A DNA stretch of 64,000 nucleotides, taken from NCBI GenBank assembly GCA_963786105.1, contig CAWAXX010000017.1, positions 128,001 through 192,000 on the forward strand. The letters are read 5' to 3'. The DNA is from Vulcanimicrobiota bacterium (lineage in GTDB: Bacteria; Vulcanimicrobiota; Vulcanimicrobiia; Vulcanimicrobiales; Vulcanimicrobiaceae). This document shows, in pieces, positions 57,181-64,000 of this stretch. Position 1 is the stretch's first letter, and every line of letters begins with the position of its first letter. A program made the translations under genes and the position numbers. The notes beneath the pieces were generated by a model. That model saw only the letters and a list, made by a program, of their open reading frames with translations. It made no database searches and was not told the origin of the DNA.

Positions 57181-57256
57181 TCCTTCGTCCTGCGACTACG
57201 CGAGCTTCGCTCGCTCCGCTCAGGATGACAAAACGGCGGCTTTGCTCAGGATGACA
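57181..57256 (+). repeat. Dispersed REP-like repeat: full copy plus a partial copy overlapping the pepA stop
   Basis: Core CGCTCCGCTCAGGATGACA at 57212-57230; GCTCAGGATGACA at 57244-57256. Confidence 0.8.
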
Positions 57257-58730
57257 ACGCTTCGGCGAGCGCGACGAAGGTGCGCACCGGAATCGCAGTT
57301 GGACCTTTTGCCTGCCAGGCGGATTCGTTATCGAGATACGCGGTGCCTGCGATATCGACGTGGATCCACGGCGTCTTCTCGACGAACGCGCGCAAGAACG
57401 CCGCGGCCGTCAGCGTTCCAGCGGCGCGGCCGCCGGTGTTTTTCAAATCGGCGATATCGCTCTTCATTTGCGTGGAATAGTCGTCGTAATAGGGAAGTTG
57501 CCAAAAGCGCTCACCACTCGGTTTGGCTGCCGCAAGAAAATCCTTGACGAACGCGTCGTCGTTCGAGACGACCGCCGCCGCGGCATGACCGAGCGCGATC
57601 ACGACGGCACCGGTCAAGGTGGCGACGTCGATGATTTTGGTTGCACCGAGCTTTTCGGCATAGCAAAGCCCGTCGGCAAGAACGAGGCGCCCTTCAGCAT
57701 CGGTGTTGATTACCTCGATCGTCTTCCCGTTCATCGCTTTCACGATGTCGCCCGGTTTGGTCGCCTTGCCACCGGGCATGTTTTCGGTGGCCGGCACGAT
57801 GCCGACTACGTTGATTTTCGGCTTGAGTTTTCCCAGCGCCGACATGGTCGCGACGACCGCTGCGCCCCCGGACATGTCGTACTTCATCTCTTCCATACGC
57901 TCGGCGGGTTTGATCGAGATGCCGCCGCTGTCGAAGGTAATGCCTTTGCCGACGAGCGCGAGGAGCTCTTTACTCCCCGGATCGCCGTTATAGCGCATGA
58001 CGATGAACTTGGGCGGTTGAACGCTTCCCTGCGCGACCGAAAGGAAGGAACCCATGCCCTCTTTCCGCGCGCGCGCTTCGTCGAAAACCTCAATATCGAC
58101 CGACGCGCTCTTGGCGGCAGCGGTCGCCTGTTCGGCGAGGATTGCCGGCGTCATATCGTTCGCGGGAGTGATCGCCAGCCGGCGAGCAAAGTTGACGGCG
58201 TCGCCAAGGATGGTTCCGCGCGCGACCCCGCGCTCCAGCGCCTTCGCATCGAGTCCGCCGGCAAGCAGATCGATCGCCTCGACGCCGATCTTCTTCTCGG
58301 GCGACGCTTGATAGACGGTCGTCTCGAACGATCCCGCAATGGCGCCTTCGGCGACGAACGAACCGGCGGCCGCGGCGTCGGTGCCTACCTGGTTCGGCAG
58401 CGCGATCGCAAACGTCGTGAGGTTTCTCCGCCCGAGGTAGCGGACCGCAATGGCCGCATAGCGAGCGAGCAGCGGAAGTTCGAACTTCGCACTTTCGCCC
58501 AGACCCACCCCAAGAACTCGGCGGAATGGCTGGTCCTTGGCGTACGCGAGTACGGTCTCGCCAAGTTTTCCCTTGACCTCGCCCGCCGCGAGCGCGTCGG
58601 AAATCGGACCGCCGACGGCGGCGTCAACGTCCTTGGACGTGCCATCGAGCGCGGTACTTTCGAAAATCGGCACAACGAGTGCCTCGGTGCGCACGCCGAG
58701 CGGCGCATCCCCAACGATACGGATTTGCAT
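57246..58730 (-). CDS. pepA: Leucyl aminopeptidase (M17)
   Basis: VGKGITFDSGG; MKYDMSG; ENMP; NTDAEGRL.LAD; ATLTGA; HVDIAG. Confidence 0.96.
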   Translation of the reverse strand: MQIRIVGDAPLGVRTEALVVPIFESTALDGTSKDVDAAVGGPISDALAAGEVKGKLGETVLAYAKDQPFRRVLGVGLGESAKFELPLLARYAAIAVRYLGRRNLTTFAIALPNQVGTDAAAAGSFVAEGAIAGSFETTVYQASPEKKIGVEAIDLLAGGLDAKALERGVARGTILGDAVNFARRLAITPANDMTPAILAEQATAAAKSASVDIEVFDEARARKEGMGSFLSVAQGSVQPPKFIVMRYNGDPGSKELLALVGKGITFDSGGISIKPAERMEEMKYDMSGGAAVVATMSALGKLKPKINVVGIVPATENMPGGKATKPGDIVKAMNGKTIEVINTDAEGRLVLADGLCYAEKLGATKIIDVATLTGAVVIALGHAAAAVVSNDDAFVKDFLAAAKPSGERFWQLPYYDDYSTQMKSDIADLKNTGGRAAGTLTAAAFLRAFVEKTPWIHVDIAGTAYLDNESAWQAKGPTAIPVRTFVALAEALSS

Positions 58731-58791
58731 GGTGAACCTTTCGCGCGGTGAACTACTGCTCACAGATGAGCCAGCCCTGCGAACCAGACGC

Positions 58792-59838
58792 GTGACCGAC
58801 ATAGGTCGCAGCCCCGATGCATACGCTCGCGCCGGCGTCGACATTGCCGCCGGCAACATTGCCGTCGCGCGCTACCGGGAGTTGCTGGGCCAGTGGCGGC
58901 ATCCCGGTCAGCTCGACGCTATCGGCGGCTTCGGCGGCATCTTCCGGATGCCTGGGGACGATCGCCGAGCGCTGGTCGCTTCTAACGACGGCGTTGGGAC
59001 GAAGATCCTCATTGCCTCGGAACTCGAGCGATACGATACGGTCGGCGCCGATCTGGTCAATCACTGCGTTAACGACATTTTAGTCGTGAACGCGACGCCG
59101 CTGTTCTTCTTGGATTATTTTGCCGTCGGCAAGCTCGACCCGGCGGTGGCCGCGGAGGTCGTCGGCGGATGCGCTCGAGCGTGCCGCGCTCACAACTGCG
59201 CGTTGCTCGGCGGCGAAACCGCCGAAATGCCGGGTCTCTACGCGCCGGGGCACTTCGACCTCGCCGGAACGATCGTGGGCATGGTCGAGGTCGCCGAGAT
59301 CCCGAAGCCGGCCGACGTGATTCCGGGCGATGCTATCGTCGGCTTGCCAGCCATCGGGCTGCACACCAACGGCTACTCGCTTGCGCGTGCGCTCATTCCC
59401 AGCGACCAGTGGAACTCGCCGATGGCCGAAGGAGGAACGACGTACGGCGACGCGCTGTTGGCCGCGCATCCTTCGTACTACGACGCCGTGCGAGCTATAC
59501 AGCGCGTCGCCCGCGTGAAAACGATGGCGCATATCACCGGCGGCGGTTTGCTCGAAAACGTTCCGCGCACGCTGCCCGACGGCGTGAAGGCGATTTTCGA
59601 GCAGCAGCGCTGGACCGTACCGGCGATCGAACGCGAGCTGGTGCGGCGGGGAAAACTCGACGTCGAGGAGCGGTATCGCACGCTGAACATGGGCATCGGG
59701 TACACGCTCGTCGTTCCTCTGGCGGACGCCGCCAATGCGGTGACCGCCAGTCCGGGGGCGAGCGTGGTCGGTTGGATCGAAGCGCGTGGCGGATCGGAAC
59801 CACGGGTCGTCGTTCATCCGGCGAGAGAAGACGCATGA
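58792..59838 (+). CDS. purM: AIR synthetase (FGAM cyclo-ligase)
   Basis: AY..AGVDI; GGFGG; DGVGTK; VND; PLFFLDY; GGETAEMPG; HTNGYSL; AHITGGG; NMGIG. Confidence 0.97.
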   Translation: MTDIGRSPDAYARAGVDIAAGNIAVARYRELLGQWRHPGQLDAIGGFGGIFRMPGDDRRALVASNDGVGTKILIASELERYDTVGADLVNHCVNDILVVNATPLFFLDYFAVGKLDPAVAAEVVGGCARACRAHNCALLGGETAEMPGLYAPGHFDLAGTIVGMVEVAEIPKPADVIPGDAIVGLPAIGLHTNGYSLARALIPSDQWNSPMAEGGTTYGDALLAAHPSYYDAVRAIQRVARVKTMAHITGGGLLENVPRTLPDGVKAIFEQQRWTVPAIERELVRRGKLDVEERYRTLNMGIGYTLVVPLADAANAVTASPGASVVGWIEARGGSEPRVVVHPAREDA

Positions 59839-60287
59839 CCGGCTCGACGGTTCGCGAGCTCGCGGCCGCTCTCGATACGCTCGACGTGCGCGAGGTGCGC
59901 GCACGCCGGGCTGCCGAGATCGTGCGGTCGGCGCGTAACTACCGGTGGGTCGGCATCTATGACGTCGACGACGATCGCATCGAGTTGGTGGGACACACCG
60001 GCGTTCAGGCGCCGGTCTTCATCGAGTTTTCCACGGCGGAAGGGTTGAGCGGCGAAGCGGTACGTACGCGCGCAACGGTGATCAGCAACGACGTTGCAAA
60101 CGATGCGCGCTATCTTACCGCGTTCGAGTCAACCGGCTCCGAGATGATCGTGCCGATCCTTGGCGCCGAGAGCGGAATCGCGATCGGCACGCTCGACGTC
60201 GAAAGCGATCGCGTGGGCGCGTTTTCCGACGACGATCGCAATTTCGTGGAACGCTGCGCGACCGCGCTCATGCCGCTGTTCGAATAG
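59835..60287 (+). CDS. Stand-alone GAF-domain protein (MsrC/fRMsr-like fold, catalytic Cys absent)
   Basis: WVGIY; G..G.A; DV..D.RY; SEMIVP; GTLDVES; F...D. Confidence 0.8.
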   Translation: MTGSTVRELAAALDTLDVREVRARRAAEIVRSARNYRWVGIYDVDDDRIELVGHTGVQAPVFIEFSTAEGLSGEAVRTRATVISNDVANDARYLTAFESTGSEMIVPILGAESGIAIGTLDVESDRVGAFSDDDRNFVERCATALMPLFE

Positions 60288-60301
60288 CGACGACCGCCGG
60301 C

Positions 60302-61438
60302 GTGGGGGACCTGCTCAATCTCGTCGTCGATTTGGACGAGCGGTTTGCGCTCTCTCGCGAAGCCGAGCGCGCACTGCGTCATTCGGTCGCGGGGGTGAAT
60401 ATTGTGGCGTCGACGGCCGCCGGCGGAAAGACGTTGGCGTGGATCGATCGGGAGTTCGGCGGAGCGTGGAGTTCGGAGGCGCACGCCGGTATCAACGCGC
60501 TGGCATTTCGCGACGAGGCTCCGGTTGGATTCGCAACGTTCGATGCGAAGGGCTTACGCTTTCGGTGGTTGCGCGGAGTCGCGCGCGAGCGCGACGTAGG
60601 CCTCTTCGGGCCGTTTGGGGTGGCGCCCGCCGAGCGCGGATCCGATTTAGGCTTGATTTTGTTGCAGCTCGCACTAGGCGGTTTGCGGGAGCGAGGTTAC
60701 GCTCGCGCGCTGATTGCGGCGGTCGGCGAGAAACGGCTAGTTCGGTATTACGCAGACGCGGTCGGTGCGCGCGTCGTGGAGCGCTACGAGCGAGCGATAC
60801 TGATTGCGCCGCGTCCGCGCGCGCTGATAATGGCGTCGGGCAGCGGCACCAACTTTCAGGCGGTGATGGATGGCGTTAGCCGCGGCCGGCTTCCGATCCA
60901 GGTTGTCGGTTTGCTTACGAACAACCCGGACGCTTTGGTTGTCGACCGCGCGCGGGCAGCGGCTGTCGAGTCGATTGCGGTGCTGCCGTGGCGGCGAAAA
61001 GAGGAAGCGCGAGAAGCGTACGATGCGCGAGTGCTCGAGGCGGTTTCGGACTTGCGGCCCGACCTCGTGTTGTTGTTGGGCTGGATGCATCTGCTCGATG
61101 AAACGTTCGTGCGTGCGTTCCCGAACCTCGTCAACGTGCATCCGGCGTTTCTGCCGTTGGACCCCGAGGACGACGACGTCACCATGCCGGACGGTTCGAT
61201 CGTTCCGGCGTTTCGCGGACCGCGTGCCGTGCGCGACGCGCTGGCCGCAGGCAGCGGTTGGGTTGGGGCTACCGTGCATTTAGTCACGTCCGTGACCGAT
61301 CGCGGTCCCGTTCTCGCACGCAAGCCGCTGCGCGTGCGCGACGGAGAAGACGAAGCGCAGGTAATGAAGCGGCTGCATCCGGTGGAGCACCAGCTGGTAT
61401 CCACCGGCATCATGCGCTGGTTGTACGAACGGGAATAG
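60302..61438 (+). CDS. purN: GNAT-like domain fused to phosphoribosylglycinamide formyltransferase
   Basis: N-half FGPFGV.P.ERG..LG..LL..AL..L..RGY; C-half ASGSGTNFQA, GWM, NVHP.FLP, GATVH.V...DRGP. Confidence 0.88.
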   Translation: MGDLLNLVVDLDERFALSREAERALRHSVAGVNIVASTAAGGKTLAWIDREFGGAWSSEAHAGINALAFRDEAPVGFATFDAKGLRFRWLRGVARERDVGLFGPFGVAPAERGSDLGLILLQLALGGLRERGYARALIAAVGEKRLVRYYADAVGARVVERYERAILIAPRPRALIMASGSGTNFQAVMDGVSRGRLPIQVVGLLTNNPDALVVDRARAAAVESIAVLPWRRKEEAREAYDARVLEAVSDLRPDLVLLLGWMHLLDETFVRAFPNLVNVHPAFLPLDPEDDDVTMPDGSIVPAFRGPRAVRDALAAGSGWVGATVHLVTSVTDRGPVLARKPLRVRDGEDEAQVMKRLHPVEHQLVSTGIMRWLYERE

Positions 61439-61488
61439 CTTCAACGCTTGCTAGCGCCGGTCCGCTCGGTTAGGCGGGCGTTGTCGAC

Positions 61489-61929
61489 TTATTCTAGGTA
61501 GGCCAGATCGGCAAGGTCTTGCGGTCGCGCCGCGGCCTTTTTGTTGGCGATCAACTCCTGCTTTCCGATATAGCAGACGGGAACGCCGCCATACGTTGAT
61601 GCGACGCGCGTCGCCCAAGCCCGCTCGAAGGTTACGCCGTCGATGGCGGTAATGATGTCAATCTGATTGGGTGGTCGACCCATGATGTAGAAGGTTCCCG
61701 GCGATTCAAGATCGCCCAAACGCAAATCTGCCATCGGCGCGCCAAAAGCGGCTAGAGCGTTCCAGACCTTCCGGGCATTTTCCGGATTCGATCCAACAAA
61801 GAGATCGACGTCTTTGGTCGCGCGCGAACGGCCGTGAAACGCAAGCGCGTAGGCCCCTACGATAAGATACTCAGCGTCCTCGGCGTTCAACGCGCCCAAG
61901 AGATCGATCAAGTCGATATTCGGCTGCAT
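61489..61929 (-). CDS. Minimal nucleotidyltransferase (DUF6036-like)
   Basis: YLIVGAYALAFHG..RATKDVD; IDI; LIANK.A.ARPQDLAD. Confidence 0.8.
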   Translation of the reverse strand: MQPNIDLIDLLGALNAEDAEYLIVGAYALAFHGRSRATKDVDLFVGSNPENARKVWNALAAFGAPMADLRLGDLESPGTFYIMGRPPNQIDIITAIDGVTFERAWATRVASTYGGVPVCYIGKQELIANKKAAARPQDLADLAYLE

Positions 61930-62098
61930 TCTCTCCCCATGGCATACGCAGAACCAACTCCCAGATCATCTCAGCACGTTGTGACGGTGACATGGCGTTC
62001 TCCGCATTCCGCTCGTACGACGCGGCCTCGGCCGGCGAGCGTGCGACGAAAGCCGACCACGTCGTCTGTCGAGCGAACCGTCGCTGAGAAAAATCCAT
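61871..62098 (-). CDS. Small hypothetical protein upstream of the nucleotidyltransferase
   Basis: 75 aa with MSPSQR..M.WEL..; overlaps the next gene's start. Confidence 0.5.
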   Translation of the reverse strand: MDFSQRRFARQTTWSAFVARSPAEAASYERNAENAMSPSQRAEMIWELVLRMPWGENAAEYRLDRSLGRVERRGR

Positions 62099-62189
62099 TC
62101 AGCGTACTTCCACGCGGCCTGCCTGCCTTCCGGTAGAGTACCGTGAGACCGAAAGTAAACCGCGGTGGCCGTTGAATGGAGACGGAATT

Positions 62190-62669
62190 ATGGTTGCCAG
62201 CGTACGGATCGCGGAGGACGAGGCGGACTTTCGCCGGTTTCGCGACCTCGTCGAGGAATATGAGGAGAGTTTGCCCGACGACCTCAAGCACGCCTCGTTC
62301 GAGCGCGAAGTCGCCAATTTGCCGACCCAATATGGTCCACCGGGTGCGGCGTTCGTCGCGACGGTCGACGAACGGTCCGCCGGTTGCGTAGCACTAAACG
62401 TGCTCGACGAGTCGACCGCAGTTATCAAGAAGCTCTACGTTGCCCCGGCATACCGCAAACTGGGATTGGGGCGCCGGCTTCTGGCCGATCTGATCGCGTT
62501 CGCGCGCGATCGTCGAGTAGCGCGTCTGGTTCTCGACACCGAACGCGATCGGTTACCGGCCGCCTACAAGCTCTACCTCTCGCTGGGTTTCCGCGAATGC
62601 GCGCCCTACGGCGAAGTCGACTACCGCTGCCCGACGTTCATGCAACTGGATCTTTCGGTATCGCCTTAA
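62190..62669 (+). CDS. GNAT family N-acetyltransferase
   Basis: GCVAL; KKLYV.PAYRKLGLGR.L; LDT; A.KLY.SLGF. Confidence 0.9.
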   Translation: MVASVRIAEDEADFRRFRDLVEEYEESLPDDLKHASFEREVANLPTQYGPPGAAFVATVDERSAGCVALNVLDESTAVIKKLYVAPAYRKLGLGRRLLADLIAFARDRRVARLVLDTERDRLPAAYKLYLSLGFRECAPYGEVDYRCPTFMQLDLSVSP

Positions 62670-62712
62670 GAGGCGCGTAACCTTACCCGCCGGGGAAACG
62701 ATTCGCGAATCG

Positions 62713-64000
62713 TTGAACTCGGCTGCCGTGGTTCGAATCGAGCTGCTCGTTCCCGAGCTGTGGCAGTTGCTTGGCGGCGTCATGCAGCTGCGCGGCGATG
62801 CGTACCTCGCGGCACTCTCGGTCGAAGGCAGCGCGGTCGCGGCGCTCGCGATCGTGCTGGCGGCCGGCTTGAGCGAGGCCGTCGCGCAAAGCATCGTGCT
62901 GTTTGCAAACCGCGTCAAGCCCGCACGATTCCTTTTTAGTTTGCTCGTCGACGCCGTGCTGTTTACGTTTGGCTACGGCTTCGTGGTACTGAGCACGTGG
63001 GCCGTGTGCCATCTCCCGGGTACGCCGCACATCGCGCTCGGCGATCTCGCACTCGTGCTGGCAATGAGCTACGCACCGATGCTGTTTGCATTCCTGGGCG
63101 CGCTGCCGTACCTCGGTTCGCGCTTGCTGAGCGCGTTGCGCGTGTGGCACTTCTTGGCGATGGTTGTGGGCGTCGCCGCGCTCGGACGCGTCGACGTGTT
63201 TGCCGCCGCGACCTACGTGTGGCTGGGCTGGCTCGTGATGGTACTGGCGCAGCGCAGTTTCGGCAAACCGATCGTCTCGCTGGCAACGCGGATCCTCGAT
63301 GCGGTCGCCGGCGTGCCGATCGTCGATGACGCGCAGGCGGCCATTGGTCGCGTAGAAACCGGTGCCGATCGCGGAAAGCGCACGGCGCACGTCGCCACAA
63401 GCCGAAAAGCGTCCAAGCACCCACGATGGTGGATCGGCGTCGTCGGGTTCGGCGGGGTCGCGTTGCTTACGGTCATCGTCGCGCTGGCGCTGCAGCCGGT
63501 CCGGCACGCGGCGCTCGGGTGGCAAGAGCACCTTCCGCAAGTTTTGCAGCTTCCGCTGGATTTAGTTTGGTTAGCGATTGTCGGGATAGTCGTGGCCGCA
63601 TTCATGGCGCCTCTCGAAACCCTTGGGTGGTGGGCTGGGTGGTATGGCGACAAAATCGATACCAGCGAGAAAACACGGCCGTCGAAACCGTCGGCTGCGG
63701 GCAAGAAGGTGGTCCGCTACTTGGTGTACCTCGACGGCATCGCCCAATCGAGTGGCAAGTACACGCCAGACATCGAGACGTTTCTCGACGCGCTTTCGCC
63801 GGAACTGCCCGCGAACGTGCGTCTGATTCGCGGCGTGATGTGCTATTCGGTGCTGAATAAGCCGCTCGAGGACGACCCAATTTTCTCTCGGTTTTGGAAA
63901 GTCGTGGACGCCAGCCGCAGCCGGAACGTAAACTCGTTGCTTGGGATGTTGATTAATCTTCGCAACGTCACCATCGTGGCGGTCTCGGCCGATCCTCGCT
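62713..64000 (+). CDS. Large membrane protein, truncated at the window edge (multi-TM N-half plus soluble domain)
   Basis: Frame +1 is open from TTG 62713 to the end: AGLSEAVAQSIVLFANRVKP.RF, APLETLGWWAGWYG, YLVYLDGI.QS, INLRN...VAVSADPR; absent from the ORF track because the stop is outside the window. Confidence 0.75.
   Translation, partial: MNSAAVVRIELLVPELWQLLGGVMQLRGDAYLAALSVEGSAVAALAIVLAAGLSEAVAQSIVLFANRVKPARFLFSLLVDAVLFTFGYGFVVLSTWAVCHLPGTPHIALGDLALVLAMSYAPMLFAFLGALPYLGSRLLSALRVWHFLAMVVGVAALGRVDVFAAATYVWLGWLVMVLAQRSFGKPIVSLATRILDAVAGVPIVDDAQAAIGRVETGADRGKRTAHVATSRKASKHPRWWIGVVGFGGVALLTVIVALALQPVRHAALGWQEHLPQVLQLPLDLVWLAIVGIVVAAFMAPLETLGWWAGWYGDKIDTSEKTRPSKPSAAGKKVVRYLVYLDGIAQSSGKYTPDIETFLDALSPELPANVRLIRGVMCYSVLNKPLEDDPIFSRFWKVVDASRSRNVNSLLGMLINLRNVTIVAVSADPR

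Noticed and set aside
57360..58751. Long antisense ORF opposite pepA, and similar shadow ORFs (1444-2364, 5319-6245, 23567-24610)
   Set aside because: They mirror well-supported genes, as expected from GC-rich codon bias, and have no recognisable motifs
59835..60287. Free methionine-R-sulfoxide reductase MsrC
   Set aside because: The fold is similar but the conserved catalytic cysteines are missing
1..64000. tRNA, rRNA, transposase, integrase or prophage genes
   Set aside because: No supporting motifs found; intergenic gaps are mostly short and otherwise explained

Overview
GC-rich bacterial chromosomal window, almost fully coding and mostly housekeeping. The secreted phosphoesterase lipoproteins, orphan peptide-binding lipoprotein and general style suggest Ca. 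Eremiobacterota/Vulcanimicrobiota, but this is inference only. It holds hpt-like/GH125/purA, a comF-ribD-ribE operon, a small accessory and partly decayed patch (14.6-18.9 kb), a TetR/TetA module, ribBA-ribH, mtnA-holA, a complete but split and divergent trp cluster, and a large purine cluster (purB, purC, purL, purQ, purS, two purP-like genes, guaA, purD, purF, purM, purN) with cydAB, tpx, panB and pepA interspersed. No rRNA, tRNA, CRISPR array or transposase was seen. Most notable: (1) RibBA carries an N-terminal XRE-type HTH, and two TGACA-N2-TGTCA palindromes lie upstream, one on its own -35 box, with no FMN riboswitch; this is a candidate enzyme-as-autorepressor system for riboflavin synthesis. 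(2) The purine pathway is a mosaic: an animal PAICS-like PurC fused to a degenerate PurE domain, two archaeal-type PurP paralogs, a doubled PurS and a GNAT-PurN fusion. (3) Two back-to-back Trp leader-peptide attenuators share overlapping divergent promoters. (4) A short dispersed repeat sits in-frame inside trpE. All family calls are from motif recognition by eye, without database searches. Many starts were re-picked relative to the ORF track.
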